Shown one piece after another: positions 39,345 through 49,800 of a DNA stretch of 64,000 nt (position 1 is the first letter of the stretch; each line of letters begins with the position of its first letter). The stretch comes from a virus: IMG/VR virus record IMGVR_UViG_3300028030_000010, positions 12,441-76,440 of that record; one strand, 5' to 3'. Below the pieces are notes generated by a model that saw only the letters and a program-made list of their open reading frames with translations, did no database searches and was not told where the DNA came from. A program made the translations under genes and the position numbers.

Positions 39345-42300
39345 CAGGGTCGTTATAATTTAACTTCCCTTCTCTTATTAGTTTTTTTATTTCAGCTATA
39401 CTGTGAACTTTTATAGGTTTTTTCTTTGATGGAATAGAAGCTTTATACGCCCCTATAACAGCATCCTGATCTGTTATCATTAGCAAGTCTTTATGAGTAA
39501 GCGTTCCTTGATCAGTGAACAATTGCTTAGAAGCAAGCATTTTTTCTTTTACATCTTTTATACCTTCAGGAGTTACTGGTACATGCACAGCAATTTGGTC
39601 ACCATCATAGTCAGCTGCCAAAGCCCTTTCTACCATTGGAGGTAATGATATAGAGTGACCAGGAACAAATTTTGGATATGCACCAATAAGGTTATGTTTC
39701 CATAAAGATGGAGCCCTGTTGTAGACTACAGGTATTTCTTTACCTAATCTGTGTAAAAGCTTGATTACTTTTTCATCCTTATTTTTGATCATTTCTTTTA
39801 TTTGCAATTGAGTGTATCCCATTTTAGCCATTTCTCTACTAATGTGAGGCTCATACATTTTAAGCCCCATTTCTTCTGGTAACTCTATTTCATCTAATTT
39901 TAAATCCCCTCTTGAGGGTGTAATTACAGCCCTTCCTGACATAAATTGATTTTTTCTAAGCAACTGTTCTTGAACAAATGAGTCTTTCGGTCTATTTCCT
40001 CCTAAAACATCTAGTATCCCTTTTACTTGCTTATTTGCAATTGCTGGATTGTTACTAGGATACAATCCATACATAGCGCCTATAGCATGTTGCAGAGAAA
40101 GTTTTAGATCATTTATTGTTTTTTTAGATAATTTGTTTTGTTTTGCTTCTTTTAAAGTGTTGTTTAAATTAATTATTTCTTGATAATGTAGATTTAGGTC
40201 TGAAACTCCATATTTACCGGTATGGTCTTTGATAATTGGCCTATAAACAGGCGGAATTACTGGAACTGTTTTTAATACAGCTACATCTTTTAGAGATAAG
40301 TTGTTGTTTTTTAGTTTTTCTAAAAACTTAATGATTTTTAAATTTCTATCTTTTAGTTGCTCATTTGATGTTTTTTTATTTTCATCTTTCAGTTTTTTTA
40401 TTTCTTTATTTATATCTATAGCAGATAATTTCTTAATTATACTATCTACACCATCTTCAACCATCATTTCTTTTAATTTTTTTTCAGGGATACCTAACAA
40501 GAAAGCAATTTCATATGAATAAATTGGGTTAATTAATGGTTCGTTTAATTTTATATGAGCATACCTATTACCTAATTCTCCGAAAATAGAAGGATCAAAA
40601 AGCCCTCCTTTTCTAGGAGAACCATCAGTTGCGTTTATAGTTTCTGCACTTTTAACTTCTTTAGGCCCCTTTTTGATAATATCCTTATCTGTTGCGGGAA
40701 CCAGATTGAAGCTATTTGGGTCATCTTCAACATTTACATTTAGTTGACTTAATAGAGCTTTAAATTTTTCATAGGCAAAATTTTCAGCCGGTTTAGGTAG
40801 TGGTTGTCCTTTTCTAAAGGCTTCAAACCAAGCATCATTTTTTTGGCCTTTTATTTTTCTAGCCTCTCTTAGTAAATCTTTCGCATTATGTGCTAATAAC
40901 GCATTTATTTCCATATTTGAAAAAGATGAAGCCGAAGTTTTGCCACCTTTTGCTGGTTGTTCATTAATATTAACCCTATCAGTAGCAGTAGCACTCATTC
41001 CAGATTCAGAATCTTTAAAAAGCTTATAAGTGTATGGTTCTCCTACAAAAACTTTTTGAGGAAAAGGTTTGCCTGTTTCTGGATTGATTAGCGTTTCATA
41101 TTGTTCAACCCCATGTTTCTTAGCTTCTTCCTCTGCAAATTTTAAATTATCAGTTAAAGAATATTGATCTAGCACATAAGATTTGTCAGTTTTTTTTCCT
41201 ACTTTACCTAGAGTTGCTTCTATTAATTGCCCAGGATTGATCCTTGAAATAACCCCAGCAGATGTAACTATAATATGTACTGGTTCACCTTTCTCATTTT
41301 TTGGCATTTTATCATCAGGTAAAATCAAAGAAATAGAACCTTTGTTACCATATCTCCCTGATAACTTGTCACCTATTTGGGCCTTAGATTTTGTTTTTAC
41401 AAAAACCCTAATATTGTTCCCTGATTTGTTTACAGACACCACTTTACCATCATGATGATGAGTCCATGTTTCTAATTTCAATTTGTATGGTTTAAATAAA
41501 GTTTTTTCTAAAGAAGTTATAGGTTTATCTTTATTTACGACTAATTTAATCACTAAAGGTTCATTAAATTTAACGGTTGCGCCTTTTTTTATAACTCCGT
41601 GCTCATCATACTTTGATAAATCATATTTAGATAAAGTAAGAGGAAATAAAGCCTTAGCCTTTTTTAAATCTAATACATCATCTCTATCTATATGAATTTC
41701 TTCTTTATACATATGAAGAGAAGTTAAGTTTTTGGCTGCAGTTTCAGATACAATGATTGCATCATTTCTGTTGCCAGGCATCGACATCCAAGCTGTTCTT
41801 AAATGCACTCCATTTGCAAAATAACCATCTTTAGCATAGTTACTTTCTGCTATCACTTCTCCTTTTTTTACTCTATCTCCTACCTTAACCTTAGGCTCCA
41901 TAGATATGTATGTTTTTCTAGCTAATGGAAGGTCTTTTATGTATTTAATTTTATGACCATCTATTTGAATGTAATCATCAGTTATTTTTTCAACTTTACC
42001 AGAAACAGGACTTTTCACAACTTGGTTTGTTTTTTCTGCTATTTTTTTATAAAAATCTTCATTTTTATCTTTTGTTCTAACAATTGGAGCTTCTCTATGT
42101 TCTAGCGATAAAGCTTGTTGAGCGTGCTTTTGAGCCATTGTAGCTCTCATGCCATCCATTGAATTAATAAGAGGCAATGTTTTTGTTGATGAAGTGTGTA
42201 TATCGCTTGAGCTTTCTATCGCATAATCTACATCTTTTAGAGACTTTACTGTATATTCTTTTTCTCCATCTCTAATTGGAATTCCTTCTTTTTTAGCTCT

Positions 42301-43644
42301 CTCTTTTGATGCAGGATAAGCTACTTTTTTGTTCCACAATTCTTTTATTGTTTTTATTTCTTTTTTTCCTGTTTTTACATTTAAAACTTCTATTGCAGGC
42401 TCTCCATTTTCATCAACATATGCATTATTTGTTACTGCCAATGTAATCCCTGTCTTTGCTCCTTCCGGAGACACAACTGGGTCAATAAAACCTAATTGAG
42501 AAGAATGAATTGCTTTATCATCTTCTGTTAAAGCTCTATCTGTTTCTATTCCACCTTCTCCTAAAGGAGTTAACAATTTTGTTGCCATATGTGTTTGAAT
42601 AGGGTTGTATTCTTCTGGCATTCTGGATATCTTTGAAACAGTTAAAAAACTTTTTAGTGTATCAGTTAAATAATTGTGATTAAATACATCATTTAACGAA
42701 TTAAGTGCTGGATTGTTTAATTTTTGTTTTATTTTAAAAATTTCTTTTACTGAATTTTTTGCAAAATATTCAGGCATAAGATGTATAGCGTTTAACACTT
42801 TTCTATTAGCTAAGTTGTTTTTCTGTTTTAAATCTACTTCTTCTCCTCTGTAAGCTTTCAATATTTGCTTAATGTTTGCGAAAATCAATTCGGGAGTTAA
42901 TTTGCTTGTCTCAACTCCAAAGTTTCTTTTGTTAACATCTGGGTCCAATTCCATATGATCAAAAATATACTTTATCTGTTCTGTTAATGGCTTTTGTTTT
43001 ATATCATTTGGCAAAGAGTATGATTTTTTTATAAATTTTTCTAAATCAGTTGGATTTGTTTTATTTATATTGATTTCATATAGCTTTTTCCCTAATTTTC
43101 TTTTAATTTCTTCATCAGAAACACCTAACGCTTTCAATATGCTAACAACAGACACATTAGAATTTCCTATGTTAAAATAAATTACACCAGTATCTGGGTT
43201 AAGTGTTATTTTGAATTGTCTGTTTCCTATTGGATTAACTATTGTAACAATTTCTCCATTTTTTCTTTCGAACAAATAAGTACCAGGTTTTAATCTTTGC
43301 TGATTAGGTATAGCATACGAATTCCCATCTATTATGAAAGTTTCTTTAGGTGAGAATTTAGGAACTTTAGCTATCAAAATGTTTTTTTTACATTCTATTT
43401 TTTTATTATCCTTTTTTCTAATTAAACAAACATCTCCTCTAATTTCATTAAATAAACTTTTGCCTTTTAAAATAGCATTCTTAACATCTTCTAAGTCCAC
43501 TTCTTTTTGTATTCCTTTAACATTGGAAACTTCTATTTTGTAAAAGTTCCCTTCTATGGGAAAGGTTTTTTCAACTTCCTTAACAACATTATTTAATATG
43601 TGTTTATCAATTTTTTCTGGAGAATCATCTATTTTGTAAAACAT
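39331..43644 (-). CDS. rpoB: RNA polymerase beta subunit fused to the N-terminal (catalytic) half of beta'
   Basis: Beta motifs: GEGGI...IHSSQLGFIDPVVSPEG, DGMRATMAQKH, NDAIIVSE, GDKLSGRYGNKG, SRINPGQ, FSNMEINAL. Beta' motifs: ETIN...GLFDPSIFG, PVIPPVYRP, SDLN, SGRAVI, NRAPSL, AADYDGDQIAVHVP. Confidence 0.96.
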   Translation of the reverse strand: MFYKIDDSPEKIDKHILNNVVKEVEKTFPIEGNFYKIEVSNVKGIQKEVDLEDVKNAILKGKSLFNEIRGDVCLIRKKDNKKIECKKNILIAKVPKFSPKETFIIDGNSYAIPNQQRLKPGTYLFERKNGEIVTIVNPIGNRQFKITLNPDTGVIYFNIGNSNVSVVSILKALGVSDEEIKRKLGKKLYEININKTNPTDLEKFIKKSYSLPNDIKQKPLTEQIKYIFDHMELDPDVNKRNFGVETSKLTPELIFANIKQILKAYRGEEVDLKQKNNLANRKVLNAIHLMPEYFAKNSVKEIFKIKQKLNNPALNSLNDVFNHNYLTDTLKSFLTVSKISRMPEEYNPIQTHMATKLLTPLGEGGIETDRALTEDDKAIHSSQLGFIDPVVSPEGAKTGITLAVTNNAYVDENGEPAIEVLNVKTGKKEIKTIKELWNKKVAYPASKERAKKEGIPIRDGEKEYTVKSLKDVDYAIESSSDIHTSSTKTLPLINSMDGMRATMAQKHAQQALSLEHREAPIVRTKDKNEDFYKKIAEKTNQVVKSPVSGKVEKITDDYIQIDGHKIKYIKDLPLARKTYISMEPKVKVGDRVKKGEVIAESNYAKDGYFANGVHLRTAWMSMPGNRNDAIIVSETAAKNLTSLHMYKEEIHIDRDDVLDLKKAKALFPLTLSKYDLSKYDEHGVIKKGATVKFNEPLVIKLVVNKDKPITSLEKTLFKPYKLKLETWTHHHDGKVVSVNKSGNNIRVFVKTKSKAQIGDKLSGRYGNKGSISLILPDDKMPKNEKGEPVHIIVTSAGVISRINPGQLIEATLGKVGKKTDKSYVLDQYSLTDNLKFAEEEAKKHGVEQYETLINPETGKPFPQKVFVGEPYTYKLFKDSESGMSATATDRVNINEQPAKGGKTSASSFSNMEINALLAHNAKDLLREARKIKGQKNDAWFEAFRKGQPLPKPAENFAYEKFKALLSQLNVNVEDDPNSFNLVPATDKDIIKKGPKEVKSAETINATDGSPRKGGLFDPSIFGELGNRYAHIKLNEPLINPIYSYEIAFLLGIPEKKLKEMMVEDGVDSIIKKLSAIDINKEIKKLKDENKKTSNEQLKDRNLKIIKFLEKLKNNNLSLKDVAVLKTVPVIPPVYRPIIKDHTGKYGVSDLNLHYQEIINLNNTLKEAKQNKLSKKTINDLKLSLQHAIGAMYGLYPSNNPAIANKQVKGILDVLGGNRPKDSFVQEQLLRKNQFMSGRAVITPSRGDLKLDEIELPEEMGLKMYEPHISREMAKMGYTQLQIKEMIKNKDEKVIKLLHRLGKEIPVVYNRAPSLWKHNLIGAYPKFVPGHSISLPPMVERALAADYDGDQIAVHVPVTPEGIKDVKEKMLASKQLFTDQGTLTHKDLLMITDQDAVIGAYKASIPSKKKPIKVHSIAEIKKLIREGKLNYNDPVILE

Positions 43645-43866
43645 TTACGCTCCTAAAACAAATATTTTTCCCATTTCCTCCATTCTTCTTAATAACTCTT
43701 GATATTGTTCTTCTGTTAAAGAAGCTTCTATAACTTCATTGTCTGATTTTTTTATTGTTAAATTCACTCTTGTTTCATCATTTGGATCTTTATGTGCCTC
43801 AAACTCAGCATTTTCTAAATTAACAGCTTTATCAAAACCTTCTTTAGTTTTTACTAATACCAACAT
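43645..43866 (-). CDS. Hypothetical 73-aa protein abutting the RNAP gene
   Basis: AAGGAG RBS; its stop is directly followed by the RNAP ATG. Confidence 0.7.
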   Translation of the reverse strand: MLVLVKTKEGFDKAVNLENAEFEAHKDPNDETRVNLTIKKSDNEVIEASLTEEQYQELLRRMEEMGKIFVLGA

Positions 43867-43877
43867 TTTAATCTCCT

Positions 43878-44324
43878 TTATTTTTGTAATTTTAAAAAAT
43901 AATCTTTTGCATTTTTAATATATCCGTTTAATTTTAGTACATCTATTTTTTTATTTTCTTCATAAAATGAAGTAACCAACTGGTAACTATTTAACCCTAA
44001 ATCCATTACAATAAATTTTACAAGTTCACCTAACTTTTCATACATTTTATTGCTTAAATCAGGGGCATCAAACAGTACTAAAATCCCAACCCCTTTTGGC
44101 GAAATAAAAGCATCTCTAATTAGACCATTATTCATAGACAATGGTCTACCTCTTGTAACCAATTCATTTAAAGACATGTCTATACTAACTTCATCTAATT
44201 TACTTAAATCTAAAAGATAATGAAAAGGAACATATTCAAAATTAGCATCTTTCCATTTTTTTATTTCTTTTTGATAATCTGATAATGTTACCTTCTCTAT
44301 GTACACAAAGTTAACATGTCTCAT
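43878..44324 (-). CDS. Degenerate Amidase_2/PGRP (T7 lysozyme-like) fold protein
   Basis: EIKKW...YVPFHYLL...GRPLS...GVGILV parallels T7 lysozyme; the Zn ligands appear lost. Confidence 0.4.
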   Translation of the reverse strand: MRHVNFVYIEKVTLSDYQKEIKKWKDANFEYVPFHYLLDLSKLDEVSIDMSLNELVTRGRPLSMNNGLIRDAFISPKGVGILVLFDAPDLSNKMYEKLGELVKFIVMDLGLNSYQLVTSFYEENKKIDVLKLNGYIKNAKDYFLKLQK

Positions 44325-45016
44325 TCTTTATTCCCCTCAAACAATTGAGACAATTCATCAGATACACCAAGTATCATACTTGTAGCTAACTTTTGTATTT
44401 TATCTAAATTATGCCTAAAGATACAAACAAATCCTGAAAATTTATCCCCTTTTTCATAACTTCCATACAACCTATAAGTTGTATATACATATGATAAGTC
44501 GTTTAATAGATCCCACGTTTCTCTATGCGCTTTCCCTATTATCAAAAATATTTCTTCATCTATTTGAAATATTTTTAATGGTTCTTTCAACATATGAACA
44601 AGATGTTTTTCTTCTACATTTTTCACAATATCATCAAATTTGTTAGACAAGTTTTCTATATTTTTAAGATTTTCTGTCTTATGTAGAATTTCCAGAATTC
44701 TATAAGAAAAGAATAAAATCGGTTTTTTATCCTGGTCATAAATAACATGAACTTCTTTTACAGGAGAAACCAAAGATGATGCGATAGCGCATATAGATTT
44801 AAAAAAATCATCTAACTCAGGGACTAAATCAAGCTTTACAAAACATCCGGAATGAGATAAGGGAATTAAATCTTCAGAAAATTCAACTTTTTTTAAAATA
44901 TCTTCTTCTTTTAAAGAATCAATATCTTGTTGAGGCAACTTTCTTATAACATCTATTAAAACTAAAGCGTCTGGATTTAAAATTTTAACCATTAAATTTG
45001 TTTGTTTATTTTCCAT
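44321..45016 (-). CDS. Hypothetical protein
   Basis: Minus-strand TGTTATAAT at 45048-45040 and AAGGA RBS; first gene of the RNAP operon. Confidence 0.7.
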   Translation of the reverse strand: MENKQTNLMVKILNPDALVLIDVIRKLPQQDIDSLKEEDILKKVEFSEDLIPLSHSGCFVKLDLVPELDDFFKSICAIASSLVSPVKEVHVIYDQDKKPILFFSYRILEILHKTENLKNIENLSNKFDDIVKNVEEKHLVHMLKEPLKIFQIDEEIFLIIGKAHRETWDLLNDLSYVYTTYRLYGSYEKGDKFSGFVCIFRHNLDKIQKLATSMILGVSDELSQLFEGNKE

Positions 45017-45050
45017 TCTGCTATCCTTTTTTTTTGAAAATTATAACATA

Positions 45051-46874
45051 TTATTGTTGGTTTTGCTCCAGAGCTTCTTTACCCGTCATATATATTGTTT
45101 TTCTTTCTTTCATTTCTAATAACGATTTAACTGTTGCATATAAGATATAGTTGGTTTTTGCCATTTCATCCAACATGCTTCTTCTTTGACCTTCATCCAT
45201 TTGCATCAATTGTTCAACATATTGTTGAGCCTCTTGCAATAATGCTTGTGTGTTTAAGTTTTGGAATTTAGATTGATTTAATATATCTTTTTCTCTAGCT
45301 TTTTCTTCTATGCTTTGTTGAATTTCTTGTTGATAATGTTGCATTTCTAGCTGTTGTTTAATTTGTTCTTTTTGTTCTTCTGCAGTTCTTCTTCTTTCAG
45401 TATTTGCATCCATATTAAACAATTCGAGTAATGTACCTGTAGAAATAAGCCCTCCGCCTTGAGCTGCTAATTGAACAATAGTAGCTTTTTCTTGTAAATC
45501 ATCAATAATCTTGAATGGTAATAATGTTACTTGTATAGGTTTTTTGTTTGCAATATGAGAAACTTTAGAAATAATAAAATCAATAATCATATTCAAATCA
45601 TATTGATTTTTTGCCATTTGATTTTCAAGTAGCCTTAATGCTGGTCCTTGAGAAGCATAACTTAAACCTCCTTTTATAAATTCAACAGGTACTCCCAGTG
45701 CGTTCGCTATGTTAATTTCTTTGTTAGATAGCTCTTGATCTAAGTTTAATATTTTCCCGTCTCCTAAAATTTGTTGCACACCAACAGGGAAAGGGGTAAC
45801 TTGCACTGCAGATGGATCAAGCTTCCACTTATTTATCATCTCTTTCAGTTTTTCGGCTACACTTTCGCCACTCATAAATGAATACATTTCTTGTCCATTA
45901 GCAGTAGGAAATACCGTTCTTAACGGAACTAAATAATCCATGGCAATTTTTTCATTTGCTTTATTATAAATTAAATAAGTTAACACAGTCGGGATTGCTG
46001 CTACTAATCTAGGAATACCCCATATTGTAGAAACTCCTGCTATAGCACTTCTTTTCCCATGATACAAACTATTATTATTGAATCTAAATTTTTTATTAGT
46101 TAAAACTGAAATAATCATTTCTTTTGGAGTTGTTTCTAAAAAAAGTTTAGAGTTGTTTTTAATCCCTTGTTTAATATTATCTTCTATATCATAGTAGTAA
46201 ACTGCACTTCCAGACACAGGATTATATTCAATGTCTATATTGTTTGGATTCCAAATAATGATATTAGCTTTTGATACATCATTAACCGTCATATCTATTA
46301 CTTCATGTTCAGTTACAGCTTTACATTTAGTGCAAAATGTTTCAACATATAAAACATCGTGTACTTGATTTCCAGCGTTTAATTTTGTAGTGTAGTCATA
46401 ATCTTTTTTTTCATTGTTTTGAATTTTTAATTCTTTTTTAGTTTTGAGTTTTATGTTTCCATAAGCTTGAATCGGCAACATTTTTTTACATTGTTTACAT
46501 TTTAGCATTCTATTAAACGGTTTATAGATCGACACAAAAACATTTCCATATGTTTCCAAATTATAACTAATTTCTAATAATTTAGGCTTAAGCCCTAAAT
46601 CTTGCTCTAAAATTTGCTTCCACGAATCTTTTAGGGTTATATTTGTTTCATTAAAATCATCGCCAACATGATATTTAAAATTCGTTACAGTGGTTTCTGA
46701 TATTTTTTTTACACCAGCTGCTGCAACAGGAACATTACTAACTATAAATTCACACCATTTAAAAATATCCTTTATATTTGACGGCAGGTAACTAGAAAAC
46801 GATGATAAAATAGGGTTTCTAGCAAATGCATTTCTTAAATCTAAATTTGAATAAATTACTGATTCATCAGCCAT
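45051..46874 (-). CDS. Portal protein with a Zn-ribbon insertion
   Basis: 607 aa; YGNVFVSI, WNPNNI, WGIPRL, IANALGVPVEFI.GG, Q-rich C-terminus; CKQC...CTKC insertion. Confidence 0.72.
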   Translation of the reverse strand: MADESVIYSNLDLRNAFARNPILSSFSSYLPSNIKDIFKWCEFIVSNVPVAAAGVKKISETTVTNFKYHVGDDFNETNITLKDSWKQILEQDLGLKPKLLEISYNLETYGNVFVSIYKPFNRMLKCKQCKKMLPIQAYGNIKLKTKKELKIQNNEKKDYDYTTKLNAGNQVHDVLYVETFCTKCKAVTEHEVIDMTVNDVSKANIIIWNPNNIDIEYNPVSGSAVYYYDIEDNIKQGIKNNSKLFLETTPKEMIISVLTNKKFRFNNNSLYHGKRSAIAGVSTIWGIPRLVAAIPTVLTYLIYNKANEKIAMDYLVPLRTVFPTANGQEMYSFMSGESVAEKLKEMINKWKLDPSAVQVTPFPVGVQQILGDGKILNLDQELSNKEINIANALGVPVEFIKGGLSYASQGPALRLLENQMAKNQYDLNMIIDFIISKVSHIANKKPIQVTLLPFKIIDDLQEKATIVQLAAQGGGLISTGTLLELFNMDANTERRRTAEEQKEQIKQQLEMQHYQQEIQQSIEEKAREKDILNQSKFQNLNTQALLQEAQQYVEQLMQMDEGQRRSMLDEMAKTNYILYATVKSLLEMKERKTIYMTGKEALEQNQQ

Positions 46875-46885
46875 ACGATTCCTTT

Positions 46886-49800
46886 CTATTGTTCGTTAAA
46901 TATAAGTTTTACTCCTGTATTATACAATACATCAGGGGTTATTCGTAATACAACTTGCTTATTAGATGCATCTATGTAATAATGGTTATTATATCCCGAA
47001 TTAGAACTATCAGTTCTGTAAATTTTGAAACCATCTCCTAAAACGGATGCAACAGGATAGTGTTTGTTTTTTGTTACAGCTTTAGCTTTTACTTCAAAAG
47101 GCTCTATTTTGTAATTAGTGATATATACACCTTTATCAAAATAATTTTCAGCACCTATTATCAACTCTAAGTCATTAACTCCAATAGGTGAGCCATTAGC
47201 ATCATACAAATCAAGCTTTGTTCCGTCCGCTTTTCTAATAGCATTTTTTAACTGTTCTAATTCTATTTTAAAATCTATAGGATTACCTAATCCAGAAGAA
47301 CTCACCGTAACAGGTAATTCTTTTGTATCTGGATTTACATAAATTTTATTATAAAAATTATGGTTTTGTTTTAATTCATCCACTTCTTCTTTCGTAAATG
47401 CATTTGCCAATAACTCTCCCAATGAGTCGTCATATAAGCCATCTATTACCCCATACTTATAAATTAAAGTCTTTTTAAATCTAAAACCTGTTTTTATTTT
47501 GTTTGCAGTATAAGCAACAATTGCTCCCTCTAAGTCCACAGCTAAACTAATGCTTCCAGGAATAAAATCTTCACCAGGGTTAGCAGCTTCAATACATACA
47601 GGTGAAGCGATAGAACCAGGGCTATCAAGAGGAGCACCGCTTTTACTTACACCTTGTTGACCTAAATTAAATTGTGAGCTGTCAATCGAAATGTCTAAAT
47701 CAACAAAATCAAAATCTAAATTTAACTGTTGAGTAGCCATAGTTAGAGGATTTGGGAAAAAACTAGTTAAAGGAATACTTACTGAAGGTTGCCCAACAGA
47801 TGAATTTGGCTTAGAAGTTAATGATTTTGCTAACGCTCCAAATTTCAATTCATATATAAAGCTGAAATCAAAATTATCTACATTTGTATCGATTTTTTTA
47901 TTGCTTATGTTATCTAATTTTGTATCCACTTTTATCTTTAATTTATTTACTTTAATGTAATATTCTTGTTTATCATCGTTATTATCAACCGAAGCCGTTA
48001 AACCTGTAGTGGTATAAAATGCTTTGTTTTCTAGATCAATAAAAGATATATCTGTTTCTTCATATAAAGTAGCAATATAACCTTTTTCTTTTTTATAAAA
48101 CACCGGCAAATCATTTATATCTACAGTTATATCTAAGTCAGTTATATCGGGAACTAAGTAATAAAATCCTACTACATCTGAAGACAACCCTTCCTGTTGA
48201 GTTTTTGAATCAACAGGTTTGTCCCCACTATTTCCTGGAACATAAATAAAAGTCCAAAAAGCATTATTTTTCAAAAACTCATTATCACATTTAACATTAT
48301 CTCTGGTACCAATGTTGCTGTTATCGAACAAATCAAAAGCATATCTCATGTCAATACCTTTGTCAACAAGGGAACCATCGCTAGTAAACACCTTTCTAAA
48401 ACTAGATATGTCAATTGACTTAGATGCATCAAAGTTTCTATCCATAAAAGTGTATTCTTTGTCAGAATAATAATCATCTATAGCTGATTGTAATTGACTT
48501 ATCGCATCATCTAGAATTATGTTTTTTAATATAAATTCATCACTAATGCTGATAGACATAGAATTGAGGATCTCACTATTCCCGCAATTAGAAAATTTTA
48601 TTATTGTTTCAGAAAGCAAAACATTGTGTATTTTTTTTATTTCATCCAAAATATTTGAGCTAGATGTTGCACTACAAGGATTGTGTTCAGTTATAGTAGC
48701 TATCATATCATTTGATAAATTTTTAATTTCTACAGCTTCTATAATTTGAGAGATATCTACATAAATAGGCCTATCTTTTATTCCTTTTAAAAGACTTAAA
48801 GTTATTATAACAGACGCTAAATCTTTAGAAATCATACAATCATTACACACATAATATCTCTTTGTTAAAGAACCTAATATTTTTTGATAAATAAATAGAA
48901 ATTCTTTATTATTAACAGCTCTATTTGAAGAAAATACAGAATATTGTTCTATGTCATTTTTTAATCCTTTTAATTTCACAGCAATATCTTCAAATAAATT
49001 TACAATAGGTTCTATGTTTTGGATGCACTTACCAGCATACACAGGAAAAGACATCATATATTCTCTCTTTTCTCTATTACTTACCATAAACATTGGAGAA
49101 AATAATGTAAGTTGTGATTCTAAATCCATATAAACAGGGATAATTAAATTGTATTGATAATTAGTTTTAAACGTATAATAAAAATTAGGTGAATTCAACA
49201 AAAATATTTCTTTAAGGCGAACATATGTTGGAATTGTTAAATAATATTTTGCATTTATTTTAGTTGGAGCAAACAAAGACGGGGAAAGCAAAATAAATTG
49301 ATTAATAGATACAGGTTGAGATTTTTTAATGTTTATGATGTTCTGTAAAAAATCTATAGTTGGATATTCAATCAAATTAACAAGTTTACATATTTTTTCA
49401 AAAACCCTACCAAATGAGTCTTTTTTGAAATCTATGATAATTCCAGCAACATTTGCTATTTGCAAAAATTCCTCTTTCTCGGCAGGAGATAAAATTTTGT
49501 GAAAATAATTTTTTGCTAACAAAGCAGCATCTAGCTCTTGATTAGTTACGTTAGTAGTTATAAGCTTTTTAAATGCATAATGATTAACTACAGATTTAGT
49601 GCTACCATAAAAAGATTCAGAATAACCATATTCTGATTCAATCATTAAATCATTTTTTAAATAAGCATTTAGATCACACAATGTTTTGTAAAGTTTTTCA
49701 AAATCATCAAAATTTGATAAATCTAAGCTATTTATTTTTAGTATTCTATTTTTTACAATCGTTTCAACTTCTTTAATCGTGAGCACAGAATTGTCAGTTA

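Noticed and set aside
39331-43644. Host chromosomal rpoB/rpoBC
   Set aside because: Too short and diverged, lacks the beta' ZBD, has no ribosomal-protein neighbours, and is flanked by portal and endolysin genes.
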